This document shows, one piece after another, positions 40,297 through 50,056 of a DNA stretch of 64,000 nucleotides. The stretch spans positions 1-64,000 of the forward strand of contig CAVUZH010000002.1 of assembly GCA_963745835.1 (NCBI GenBank). Reading direction: 5' to 3'. A program made the translations under genes and the position numbers. Position 1 is the first letter of the stretch; each line of letters opens with the position of its first letter. Origin of the DNA: an uncultured delta proteobacterium (GTDB lineage Bacteria > Desulfobacterota > Binatia > UBA9968). Below the pieces are notes generated by a model. That model was not told the origin of the DNA, did not search any database, and worked only from the letters and a program-made list of their open reading frames with translations.

Positions 40297-41775
40297 ATGG
40301 CGGTAACGAATTATGACGTGATCGTGATCGGCGCAGGCAACGCGGGATTGACCGCGGCTCTGGCGGCACGAGAGCAACAAATGCGCGTGCTGCTCTTGGA
40401 CAAATGTCCCAAAGCATCGCGCGGCGGAAATACGCGATTTTCCGGCGGTGGGTTTCGTTTTACTTACAACAAGCTGGACGACATGCGTCCGATGCTGCCG
40501 GAGTTGACCGACGAAGAGGCCGCGAGGATGGAAGTCGGCACCTACTCCAACGCGGAATTTTTCGAAGACGTCATGCAGGTGACCGAGTATGCCGCCGACA
40601 AAAAGCTCACCAACATTCTCGTCGATCGATCTTACGACACGGCGCGTTGGCTGACCGACATGAACGTTAAATGGATACTTTCCACCAGCACCCATGCAGT
40701 GAAGATCGGCGGCAAGATCAAGTTTCCCTCGGGCCGGGTGATATCGGTGAACGACGGCGGCCTTGGACTGGTCGAGATGCTGTTTCCGACGGCGGAGAAA
40801 AACGGCATCGAAATTATTTACGAGGCGAAGGCGACGGCTTTGATCGTCGATTCCAAGGGAAGGGTTTCCGGTGTGCGGGTGCAAACGGCAGACGGGCTGA
40901 TGGATTTCCGGAGCCGCGCCGTGGTGCTGGCTGCCGGCGGGTTCGAGGCCAATCCGGAAATGCGCGCGCGCTATCTTGGCACCGGTTGGGATTTGGTGAA
41001 AGTCCGCGGCTCGCGCTACAACACCGGCGAGGTGCTCAGTTTGGCGCTGAGTTTCGGCGCACAGCCAATCGGCCATTGGAGCGGCTGTCACGCCGTGCTG
41101 GTCGACGCCGAAGCGCCCGACGTCGAATGCGCCTACGAGCACCGCTACTCCTACCCCTACGGCATCATGGTCGACATCAACGGCAGGCGCTTCGTCGACG
41201 AAGGCGAGGATTTTTTCAGCTACACCTACGCCAAGTGCGGCCGCGAAGTGCTGCGCCTGCCTTGGCGGACGGCCTATCAAATTTTCGACAGCAAGACCCG
41301 CCCGCTGCTCCGCTCCGAGTACAACCGCGGCTTTCATGTCAGCGCCGATACGATCGAAGCATTGGCGAAGAAGTTGCCGGGTTTGGATTGGGAGAACGTC
41401 GTGAAAACGGTCAACGCGTTCAACGACGCGGTCAATGACGCGCCGTTCGACCCGTCGAAGCACGATGGCAAATCCACGAGCGGCATCAGTCCGGTGAAGT
41501 CCAATTGGGCGCAGCGCCTGGACATCCCACCCTACTATGCGTTCCCGGTGACCTGCGGCATCACGTTCACATTCGGCGGCGTCGGCATCACCGAGAACGG
41601 CGAGGTCAAGGACACGAGCGGTAATGTGATTGGCGGCCTGTTCGCCGCGGGGGAAATTACCGGCGGCTCGTTTTTCAACAATTACCCCGGCGGTTCCGGA
41701 TTGATGAAGGGCGCCGTGTTCGGCCGTCTGGCGGGCACCAGCGCTGCTGCCTTTGCCAAGGCGAACCGAGCTTAG
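40297..41775 (+). CDS. tcuA: FAD-dependent tricarballylate dehydrogenase TcuA-like flavoprotein
   Basis: DVIVIGAGNAG, RGGNTRFSGG, GGFEANPEMRARYLG.GWDL.KVRG, GHWSGCH, GITFTFGG, NYPGGSGL. Confidence 0.75.
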   Translation: MAVTNYDVIVIGAGNAGLTAALAAREQQMRVLLLDKCPKASRGGNTRFSGGGFRFTYNKLDDMRPMLPELTDEEAARMEVGTYSNAEFFEDVMQVTEYAADKKLTNILVDRSYDTARWLTDMNVKWILSTSTHAVKIGGKIKFPSGRVISVNDGGLGLVEMLFPTAEKNGIEIIYEAKATALIVDSKGRVSGVRVQTADGLMDFRSRAVVLAAGGFEANPEMRARYLGTGWDLVKVRGSRYNTGEVLSLALSFGAQPIGHWSGCHAVLVDAEAPDVECAYEHRYSYPYGIMVDINGRRFVDEGEDFFSYTYAKCGREVLRLPWRTAYQIFDSKTRPLLRSEYNRGFHVSADTIEALAKKLPGLDWENVVKTVNAFNDAVNDAPFDPSKHDGKSTSGISPVKSNWAQRLDIPPYYAFPVTCGITFTFGGVGITENGEVKDTSGNVIGGLFAAGEITGGSFFNNYPGGSGLMKGAVFGRLAGTSAAAFAKANRA

Positions 41776-41951
41776 GCGGGCTGCTGAAAGAATTATATAT
41801 GCTTCATGCGCTCAATCGCCTCGCAAAATTCGCGTTCGTGATACGTGTTCGTGCTCGTCCGGATCACGATTACGTTTTCACGGACACGAGCACAATGTAG
41901 ACGCGCGCGCTTTCGGCGAATGACGCAATGATTTGCAAGGAGGAGTTGAAC

Positions 41952-42968
41952 GTGAATTCCCGGCGTAATCTCATAAGCTTCATCGCAATAGCAATCATCG
42001 TGGTTTTCTTCGCCCAATCTGTCTCGGCGCAGGATCGCGATGCGATCATCGCCAAGGCAAAGGAAGAAAAAGTTTTCGTATATTACAGCACTACGGACAT
42101 CCGCGACGGAACGGCGATGATCCATGCGTTCCAAAAGAAATATCCGTTCGTCGAGCCCAAGCTGCTGCGTCTCGGCAGCACGCAGGTCGTCGTCAAGGTG
42201 CTGCAGGAGCACCGCGGCGGCGTCCACTTGTTCGACGTCATCTCCGCGACCAGTTTCCAGTTCTATGAGATCTTCAAAGAGGGCCTCTTTCAAATGTACA
42301 ACTCGCCGGAGCGGCCGGCATTTGCCGAGGATTTCAAAGACAAGGAAGGCTACTGGGTCAGCGCTTACCACAATGCCAGCGTGGTGTCATACAACACCAA
42401 TCTGGTGAAGCCGCAGGAACTCCCCAAAAGCTACGACGATCTGCTCGATCCCAAGTGGAAAGGCAAAATGCTCATGGACAGCCGCGAGACCGAGTGGTAC
42501 GCGAGCATGCTGCAAATTCTCGGCAGAGAAAAAGGCCTGCGCCTAATGCGCGGTTTGGCCAAACAAGAGTTGAGCTTTCGCCCGGGACGCACGCTGATCA
42601 CCCAGGTATTGGCCTCGGGCGAGGCGCCGCTGGCGGTCAATAATTACGACCATCTCGTGCAGTCGGCCAAGAAGCGCGGCGCACCGGTGGAGTCTTTGCC
42701 GCTGACGCCGGTCGTCAGCCGGGTTACCCCGATCGCGCTCGGGCGCTACGCGCCGCATCCCAACATCGGCAAGCTGTTTATCGACTTTTCCCTTTCCGAG
42801 GAAGGCCAGAAAATTCTCCGCAGCTTCGGCCGCAGCTCGGCACGCAAAGGCATCGAGCCGGACGACCTGCAGAGAAAAGGCATCAAGCTCTACGTCAGCG
42901 ACATCGGCCTGGCGAAGGATTACGCGCGCTATGACAAAGAGTTCAAAGAAATTTTCGATTTAAAATGA
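41952..42968 (+). CDS. Extracellular solute-binding protein (AfuA-like)
   Basis: AAGGAGGAG RBS; signal peptide; FQKKYPF, DLLDPKWKGK, APHPNIGKLFIDF. Confidence 0.88.
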   Translation: MNSRRNLISFIAIAIIVVFFAQSVSAQDRDAIIAKAKEEKVFVYYSTTDIRDGTAMIHAFQKKYPFVEPKLLRLGSTQVVVKVLQEHRGGVHLFDVISATSFQFYEIFKEGLFQMYNSPERPAFAEDFKDKEGYWVSAYHNASVVSYNTNLVKPQELPKSYDDLLDPKWKGKMLMDSRETEWYASMLQILGREKGLRLMRGLAKQELSFRPGRTLITQVLASGEAPLAVNNYDHLVQSAKKRGAPVESLPLTPVVSRVTPIALGRYAPHPNIGKLFIDFSLSEEGQKILRSFGRSSARKGIEPDDLQRKGIKLYVSDIGLAKDYARYDKEFKEIFDLK

Positions 42969-43045
42969 TCGACGGTTGCGGCGTCACCACGCAGCGATTC
43001 ACTCGACTATCCAGTAGAATCATCCGGCATACAGGAGAGGGAAAA

Positions 43046-44407
43046 ATGGCACGCGGCATTACCGAACAATTGGCGATCCATACGGCGAAAGTGCGCTACG
43101 AAGACATTCCTCCCGAGGCAATCGAAAAAGCCAAAGATTGCATCCTCGATCAGATCGGGGTCGAGCTGATCGGTTCCACCCTGGAGTGGAATAAGATTGC
43201 CTACCGCTACGTCGCCGACATGGGAGGGCGCGGTGAAAGCACGGTGGTTAACTACGGCGACAGAGTGCCGACTCTGGATGCGGCGTTCGTCAATGCAACC
43301 TTCGGTCAGGGCTGCGAGCTCGATGACGTCGGCTTTGCCGCGGGCGGCCACCCGAGCGCCGCTACCGTGCCGGTGGCGCTGGCCCTAGGTGAAAAGCAAC
43401 GCAGCACGGGCAAAGATTTTCTCGCCGCCGTGGTCGTCGGCTGCGACGTCATGTACCGGCTGCTGGCGGCGGTTCGGCCTTCGTCGGGCAAGCGCGGGTT
43501 TCACAGCCACGGCATCGGCGCACCCTTCGGTGCGATGGCAACGGCAGCGAGACTGCTTGGATTGAAAGAGGGGCAGATGCTGCATGCCTTCGGCATCGCC
43601 GGCATGCATTCGAGCGGCACCATGGAATACGATCAAACCGGCGGCGAGGTGAAGCGCGTGATTGCCGGTGTCGGCGCGCGCAGCGGCATCCAGTCGGCGA
43701 TGCTAGCCCAACTCGGGCTCACCGGTCCGCCGACCATCATCGAGGGCAAACGCGGGTTTCTTAAAGTCTTCGCCGATCTGGTGGAGCCAGAGGAAATCAC
43801 CCGCGATCTCGGCAGTGAGTTCAAGATCATGCGCATCTGGTTCAAGCTTTATCCGTGCGTCGCCACCGTCCAGGGAGTGATCTACACGCTCAGCAAATTG
43901 ATCGAAGAGCATCGCTTCGGGCCGGACGACGTCGAAGAAATCCGCGTCGGCATCTCCGAGACTTCGCTGTCGCACGGCGGCGCGATTTACGAGCCGCACG
44001 ATACTGCGAGCGCACAGTTCAGCCTGCCGTTCTCGTTGGCGATCCGCCTGTTGAAGAACGACAACGATCTGAGCTTTTACATGGATCCCAAGCTGTGGAC
44101 CGATCCGAAAGTTCTGGCGCTAGCCAAGAAAGTGAAGAGCTATGCCGACCCGAACGCGAAGAAGGACCAGAATTACAACACGACGATGGAAGTGAAGCTC
44201 ACCAATGGCAAGAGTTACAAAGCGTTCGAGCCCTACCCCCCTGGCTCGCCGCTCAACATGGTCAGCCGTGACGTGTTGCGCGCCAAGTTTCGCAAGATGG
44301 CCCGCGCGGTATTACCCGAGAATCGGATCGACAGATTGATCGATGCCGTGGACCGGCTGGAAACCTGCAATGATACCGGCGAATTGCTCCCGCTGGTCGT
44401 GAAGTGA
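43046..44407 (+). CDS. MmgE/PrpD family protein (paralog of 36271..37662)
   Basis: ILDQIGV, NATFGQGCELDD, GHPS, GTMEYDQTGGEVKR, AQFSLPFSLA. Confidence 0.9.
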   Translation: MARGITEQLAIHTAKVRYEDIPPEAIEKAKDCILDQIGVELIGSTLEWNKIAYRYVADMGGRGESTVVNYGDRVPTLDAAFVNATFGQGCELDDVGFAAGGHPSAATVPVALALGEKQRSTGKDFLAAVVVGCDVMYRLLAAVRPSSGKRGFHSHGIGAPFGAMATAARLLGLKEGQMLHAFGIAGMHSSGTMEYDQTGGEVKRVIAGVGARSGIQSAMLAQLGLTGPPTIIEGKRGFLKVFADLVEPEEITRDLGSEFKIMRIWFKLYPCVATVQGVIYTLSKLIEEHRFGPDDVEEIRVGISETSLSHGGAIYEPHDTASAQFSLPFSLAIRLLKNDNDLSFYMDPKLWTDPKVLALAKKVKSYADPNAKKDQNYNTTMEVKLTNGKSYKAFEPYPPGSPLNMVSRDVLRAKFRKMARAVLPENRIDRLIDAVDRLETCNDTGELLPLVVK

Positions 44408-44825
44408 TCATTGGGATTATTGCGCGCTTCCGGAACGTCTTTTAAGAAATACTCTCTCGTTTCATCACGTTCATCTGTTCGCGATCGTCGCGATCACGCC
44501 GGCAATAGATTGTCCGTGAACCGTAAGAGCTAGGTGGAACATTGAGAAACGTAGGGTATTTCAAACATTACCGGTGACTTAGTTTCCAGTCGGACGGGCG
44601 TAAATCAAATTCTAACATTCTCGTTTCATTCGCCGCTCCAAAAAAATTATCTCGGTTGAATTAGCTCGTCGGAGCAAGAATTCGTTTTTCAATCTTCAGA
44701 GAGATTTCTTAATCACTCACTCGAGGATCGAGCTTGTCACGAATCGGTTTTGAAAGTTTTAGCTGCCGGCGTAGTCGATGAAAGTTACCTCAGTATGTGA
44801 AGAATCTTCTCGTTTTCACGTGCCA

Positions 44826-44841
44826 TGGTATGGGTATTGCT
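44826..44841 (+). promoter_or_regulatory. Sigma-54 (-24/-12) promoter
   Basis: TGGTATG-GGTA-TTGCT fits TGGYAYR-N4-TTGCW; lies in a long AT-rich intergenic region. Confidence 0.6.
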
Positions 44842-45072
44842 CGGTACGCCAGGCGCGGCTCTGCTAGAAAAATTCCATTTTGAAAGAACAGCAATTGATT
44901 GCTGCACAGGGGCTTGATTCTCGGCGCGAGTTTGTCGATGTGCCGAGTCCGAGCAACAGCCGGGTCGAAAATGCAACGATTGAATAAAATACGCGGGCCG
45001 AGATCCGTGGGAGTGATAATGCGAATTGAAAATTATGAGAATCGCGAAACAAGTTACCGAAGCATAGCTCGC

Positions 45073-46575
45073 ATGAAAGGTGCAATAGTATGCGTTTCTG
45101 CTGGTGTGTTGTTACTGCTGTCGAATGGATCTGCCATGGCCCAAGACGTGCCGGCTCTACAAGAACTAGGCAAGCATATTTTCTTCGATAATATTTCCAA
45201 TCCGCCGCGTCAGTCGTGTTCCACCTGCCACGTACCGGAAAATGGCTGGACCGCTGGCGTTGCCGGCATTAACAAGAAGGGCGTGGCCGTACCTGGCGCC
45301 AATCCTCACACCGTTGGGGGACGTAAGCCGCCCAGCAACGCCTACGCAACCTTCAGTCCGCCGTTTGGTGGCCGGCCTGCGACCAACCTCAATCCCTTTC
45401 CTAATCCGCCGCCTGCTACGGATTCCTTTTTCTGTGGCGAAGGTTCACCATTTCTCTGTTTCGGTGGCGTTTTCTGGGATGGCCGCGCGGAAGGCAATGC
45501 CACGCCCTTGGTTGCTCCGCCGAACGTGACGGGAAAAGGAGCAATCCCGCATGTTGGTGTCGAAATTTTCGATACCGATGCGCAAGAGGTGGCTTACCGT
45601 GGGTTCATCGGGCCGGTAGCCGACCAAGCGCTCGGTCCATTCCCGAATGACGTCGAGCAGAATGTTCCTGATGGCAACGATGGTGGATTGCCGGGTGCCG
45701 GAGCTGTCTGTCGGCACGTTCAGTCGGCGAAGTATGCCGAGCTTTTCATGAAGGCTTGGAACGAAGCGATCGACTGCAACACTTCAAACGTGGTGATCAG
45801 CTTCAAGCGCATCGCTTTGGCGATCGCGGCCTGGCAGCATTCCGGTGAAGTCAACTCGTTCAGCTCCAAGCGCGATCAGGGAATCAGGAACGGCGGGTCT
45901 TTCCCTCTGCCCAACTTGACGAATCAGGAGAATCTGGGGCGTGACCTATTTCATGGTCTCAATGATTCGGGGCTGAATAGAATCGTCGATGACGGTAACG
46001 GTGGCCGTACGCCAAAGAACGCAGGCTGCGCAGCCTGTCACAACAGCCATGGCGCCGGTTCTGTTGGCAATGAACTTAACCAGATCTACTCGGATTTTGC
46101 TTATCACCACATCGGGTTGCCGGCGAATTTCGAAATAGAGAACTTCGATCCGAACAATTTAGACGCAGGAATGCTCGGTCATACTAATCCAACCGCTGTG
46201 TTCAACTCTGCCAACCCTACCGCAACCCCGTTTGCCGGGCACGTTAAAACCCCGACCTTGCGAAATGTAGACAAGCGCCGCGGCAACGGCTTTCCCAAGG
46301 CTTACATGCATAACGGCTACTTCAAGTCACTCGAGCAAGTCGTTCATTTTTATAATACGGCAACCTTGTTACGGGATCCCTTGGCTTGCCCGGCCGGTAC
46401 GAGGGCAGAACAGGCAATAGCAAAAAACTGCTGGCCGGCTCCGGAGTTCGATACACCGAATCAAGCTGGGAATTTCGGCGTGCTGGGAAACCTTGGGCTG
46501 ACCGCGGCCGAAGAGGCGGCGCTGGTGGCGTACTTAAAAACTCTGACCGATACGGTGACGCCCAAGCAGCCATAG
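45073..46575 (+). CDS. Di-heme cytochrome c peroxidase / MauG family protein
   Basis: Signal peptide ...AMAQ; LGKHIFFD, CSTCH and CAACH heme motifs, FWDGRA, KTPTLRNV, YMHNGYF; start uncertain. Confidence 0.88.
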   Translation: MKGAIVCVSAGVLLLLSNGSAMAQDVPALQELGKHIFFDNISNPPRQSCSTCHVPENGWTAGVAGINKKGVAVPGANPHTVGGRKPPSNAYATFSPPFGGRPATNLNPFPNPPPATDSFFCGEGSPFLCFGGVFWDGRAEGNATPLVAPPNVTGKGAIPHVGVEIFDTDAQEVAYRGFIGPVADQALGPFPNDVEQNVPDGNDGGLPGAGAVCRHVQSAKYAELFMKAWNEAIDCNTSNVVISFKRIALAIAAWQHSGEVNSFSSKRDQGIRNGGSFPLPNLTNQENLGRDLFHGLNDSGLNRIVDDGNGGRTPKNAGCAACHNSHGAGSVGNELNQIYSDFAYHHIGLPANFEIENFDPNNLDAGMLGHTNPTAVFNSANPTATPFAGHVKTPTLRNVDKRRGNGFPKAYMHNGYFKSLEQVVHFYNTATLLRDPLACPAGTRAEQAIAKNCWPAPEFDTPNQAGNFGVLGNLGLTAAEEAALVAYLKTLTDTVTPKQP

Positions 46576-46617
46576 CCCCTACAAGGCGGCTAAATAAACG
46601 GCGTTGCAAATGTTTTG

Positions 46618-46663
46618 ATAGCGGGAGTCGGGGCGGTACCTATACCGTCCCGGCTCTCGTTAT
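46618..46663 (+). terminator. Hairpin, probable terminator
   Basis: ATAGCGGGAGTCGGGCGGTA...TACCGTCCCGGCTCTCGTTAT inverted repeat ~40 bp after the stop, between convergent genes. Confidence 0.5.
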
Positions 46664-46885
46664 TGTGGCCGGTGTATCGAAGTCAACGGCGCTTTAATTC
46701 CGGCCAGTATCGCAATGACTGACGCCGCGGATCCGGCACAATAAGAACGCCGCGGCGTCGACCGCGGCAAGCTTGGTAATCACGCTAGAACTGCAGAGTG
46801 GTAAATTCCGAAAGTCTCTGCCTTTGAATCGAATCATTTTCTGCCTGTCGGACGTTTAAGATAATAGATAATAATTGTTGTTAGC

Positions 46886-47971
46886 TCAGTTTGCTTTCCG
46901 AGCAGCCTGCGCCGAGGTTCGACGATCTAGCCGGAAATATTCCTTGCCGTTGTGATAAGCGATCTTCTCTTTGGTCGACCGTGAAAGATCGGGATGGTTC
47001 CACAGGTATTTGAGATTTTTGGGAAACTCGCCGTCCCAGTGGGGAACGTCCGACGCGTAGAGAAAGTGATGATCGCCGACGTACTCAATGGTCTGCGGTA
47101 GGAGCCGCTCCTCGGATTCGAGACTGAAGTAGACTCCGGATTCGCGCACCACCTCACTGGGTTTTTTCTTCAGATGCGGCGCCTCGAATTCGCCGCGCAA
47201 CTCCCAATGCTCATCCATGCGATCGAGCCAGTACGGCAGCCAGGTCGCGCCGATCTCAAGAAAAGCCAGGCGCAGCTTGGGAAAGCGCACCGGCACTCCC
47301 TGAAAAATGATGCTGGTGAAGTGAAGAAAGATGCCGACCGGGAAAGTGTAGGTGTGCACCTCGGCGAACGTTCTGAGTGCGCCGGCGCCGACCTCCGCCG
47401 AAGAGCTGCGGTTACCGTGCACCGAGAGCGGGACGTCGAGCCGCTGCGCCTCTTCATAAAGCGGATCGTACATCGGGTCGCCGAGCGCCGTGGGTAATCC
47501 CATGGAAAGCAACTCGAAGCTTACCAGACCCAGTTCGGTGACGGCCCGGCGCAGCTCCTTGGCGGCTTCCTGCGGCCATTTGAGCGGCAGCACACCGACG
47601 CAATGAATCCGCTCGGAGAGCGCGTTGTATTCCTTGGCGAAATGATCGTTGGCGGCGCGGCAAGCGGCGAGGCAGAACTCGGGTTCCCGCAGTTTCGGAA
47701 TGTTGCCGGAGCCGGTAGGAAAGAGCACCGCCTGTTCGATGTTGTACTCGTCCATGATCTTGAGCCATGTCTCGACCTGCTGAGCCGGGCTCATATTGCG
47801 ACCGTAACCTGGATAGCCCAGCGTATCGAATAGATCGGTGTCGAACGGCTGATCGCTGGGCCAGAGACCAGTGTTACGTCGGTTCCACGGCGGTTCCAAA
47901 TACTTGCGGATGTCGCTTTGGCGTTCCAATACATGTCCATCGGCGTCGATTACCGGCGGCCAGTCAGCCAT
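46886..47971 (-). CDS. Amidohydrolase_2 family protein
   Basis: VIDADGHVLE, CRAAND, PLSVH, FLEIGATWLP, YASDVPHWD. Confidence 0.9.
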   Translation of the reverse strand: MADWPPVIDADGHVLERQSDIRKYLEPPWNRRNTGLWPSDQPFDTDLFDTLGYPGYGRNMSPAQQVETWLKIMDEYNIEQAVLFPTGSGNIPKLREPEFCLAACRAANDHFAKEYNALSERIHCVGVLPLKWPQEAAKELRRAVTELGLVSFELLSMGLPTALGDPMYDPLYEEAQRLDVPLSVHGNRSSSAEVGAGALRTFAEVHTYTFPVGIFLHFTSIIFQGVPVRFPKLRLAFLEIGATWLPYWLDRMDEHWELRGEFEAPHLKKKPSEVVRESGVYFSLESEERLLPQTIEYVGDHHFLYASDVPHWDGEFPKNLKYLWNHPDLSRSTKEKIAYHNGKEYFRLDRRTSAQAARKAN

Positions 47972-48175
47972 GATTCGCCTCCTTGATTATTTTTGAGCTC
48001 ACGGCGTCGGATGGTATCACCACCGGACCAGCATGTGTCAACCGTTTTCTCAGTAAGATGAGGTTAGATTATTTTAAGGCTTTTTCGAAAAATCGGCCGT
48101 TAAGCAAACGCCAGACGAAAGTCTGCCGTCCAACACGGTGCATAAATCAAACACAGCGGCGAAGATCGTTGCTAG

Positions 48176-49159
48176 TTATCGACCGTACAGTTGGTTCACA
48201 AAGCCGCTTTTCTCGATCTCACTGAGAATGGAGTTGTCAATGAATTGCTCCGACTTGGCGGCTTTTGCTCCCGGGTGGCGGGTGAAATTCAGCACCGATT
48301 GCACGCCGGCGGTGGAAACATATGGAATGCGCTCCCAGACTTTGATGAACGTCCGGTACGTTTCCTCAAGGTCTTCCGGATTGTTCGTTTTCGTAAACGT
48401 GCCGATGATCTGTTTGGTTTCTTTCGGGTTGGTTGCGGCATAGCGAACTGCTTCCATATACCCCTGCAGGAAGCCGCGAACCCGGTCGCGATACTCTTTG
48501 ACGAAGTCTCGGGTCGTTGCCAGGCCGGCATGGATCATCGGAATATTTCGCTCCGGAACGTTGACAATTTCTTTGAAGCCCGCCTGCCGCGCCTTGAGAG
48601 TCACCGGCGCCGAAATGACGCCAGCATCGATCACACCGCTTGTCAGCGCCGCAAGAATCTCGGGGCCGGTTTTCAAATAGAGCATCTTGATGTCCTGACC
48701 CGGAACCAAGCCGGCCTCCTGGCAGAGAATGCGCACCAAATGATCGCTGATGGAGCCGGGAGACAGGGCCGAGACCACTTTGCCGCGCAGATCGGCGAGC
48801 GACTGAATCTCCGGCTTGGCAAAAATCGAAAGCACCACGCGGTTGGCGATGCCGGCGATATAGACGACTCGTTCTCCGTTCAGTCCGGCCTCGAGCAATT
48901 CGCCACCCGGCGTAATGATGTCGACGTTCTTGGTGAGCAGCGCCTGGGTGCCGGTGGTCAGCGGCAGAAATTTCAAATCGACTGCGATGCCGTACTTGTT
49001 GAACAGCTTGTTTTCATAAGCTACCCAGAGAGGCGTGAACACCCCGCCGATGGCGTTGTAGCTCGCGCGCACCACTGGCAAATCGGCGGCAAGCGAACGA
49101 TCGATGAAAAAGAGACCACTAAAGAACAGCAACGCGGCAAGAATTTTTGTCAGATTCAC
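48176..49159 (-). CDS. ABC-type substrate-binding protein, NMT1/SsuA-like
   Basis: Signal peptide; LFNKYGI, DLRGKVV, FIDNSILSEIEKSGF. Confidence 0.85.
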   Translation of the reverse strand: MNLTKILAALLFFSGLFFIDRSLAADLPVVRASYNAIGGVFTPLWVAYENKLFNKYGIAVDLKFLPLTTGTQALLTKNVDIITPGGELLEAGLNGERVVYIAGIANRVVLSIFAKPEIQSLADLRGKVVSALSPGSISDHLVRILCQEAGLVPGQDIKMLYLKTGPEILAALTSGVIDAGVISAPVTLKARQAGFKEIVNVPERNIPMIHAGLATTRDFVKEYRDRVRGFLQGYMEAVRYAATNPKETKQIIGTFTKTNNPEDLEETYRTFIKVWERIPYVSTAGVQSVLNFTRHPGAKAAKSEQFIDNSILSEIEKSGFVNQLYGR

Positions 49160-49163
49160 ACGC

Positions 49164-50036
49164 CTATTCCTTTCCAAATTCTCCGGACTGCTTTGCCCAG
49201 CGAGCCAGTTCGTCATGGCCGGTAAAGACCACGCCATCGAATTGCTTGGCGTAGGAGAGAAATTCATCGAGCACTTTCGAGCGAAACGGCCGGCCGGTGA
49301 TGAAGTCATGAACGACGAGCGGCATCATGACGGCCCGTTCCGCGCCGCGCTCGTATAGCGCATCGAAGGCGGATTTGAGGCCGCGCAACATAAAATCCGG
49401 CGGATTGGCATTCCAGGTGGAGAACCGCGAGGGTGGAAACGCGGGATTGGTGATGTCGACGCCGAGCGCCGTGTCGCTGTAGGTCGCAAACGGAATCTCG
49501 AGCATCTCCCGGCCATGGCCTTCGATCAACGAAGGCAGATCGTCGTTCCACATGCTGCCATCCCATTCGAGATCGGAATGCTCCAGCAGCAGATCAAGCG
49601 TATTGTGGCTCGCAAAACAGGTGCGCCAGCCGCGAATGTGTTCGCCCAACAAATCTTCGAAAACGGCGACGGTTTTTTTGATCAACGCAGTTTCGGTCTC
49701 CGGCGGCATATTGCACATCATTTCATGCGCGTACGTGTGCCCGGCGATACAATGCCCGGCTTTCTGAACGGCGCGCGAGACTTCGGGATATTTCTCCAAA
49801 GTCGCGCCGCAGATCAGCCACGTGCCGCGGACACCGTGCTCGCTCATGATGTCGAGTAGACGCCAAGCGCCGCGCCGGGCTCCGTATTGCCGCTCGCTGT
49901 AGTCGAAAGGATCGGGTTGGCCGTCGGGCATCGGGCAGGTGGCTTCCTCCGACTGATGATGCACGCTGATCGCGATCGGCAGGCGCACGCCGTCGGGCCA
50001 GCGAAAACTTTTCTTATAACCTTTCTCGTTCCACAT
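49164..50036 (-). CDS. Polysaccharide deacetylase (CE4) family, PuuE-like
   Basis: WPDGVRL, QYGARRGAWRLL, GHCIAGHTYAH, GWR, DDLP, H.FITGRPFR. Confidence 0.85.
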   Translation of the reverse strand: MWNEKGYKKSFRWPDGVRLPIAISVHHQSEEATCPMPDGQPDPFDYSERQYGARRGAWRLLDIMSEHGVRGTWLICGATLEKYPEVSRAVQKAGHCIAGHTYAHEMMCNMPPETETALIKKTVAVFEDLLGEHIRGWRTCFASHNTLDLLLEHSDLEWDGSMWNDDLPSLIEGHGREMLEIPFATYSDTALGVDITNPAFPPSRFSTWNANPPDFMLRGLKSAFDALYERGAERAVMMPLVVHDFITGRPFRSKVLDEFLSYAKQFDGVVFTGHDELARWAKQSGEFGKE

Positions 50037-50056
50037 GAAAGACTCCTTCGAATGGT

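Noticed and set aside
40159-41463. Long antisense ORFs (this one, 29612..30721, 48191..49225, 33136..34059, 24053..24907, 38223..39044)
   Set aside because: Shadow frames of well-supported GC-rich genes on the opposite strand; no recognisable motifs.
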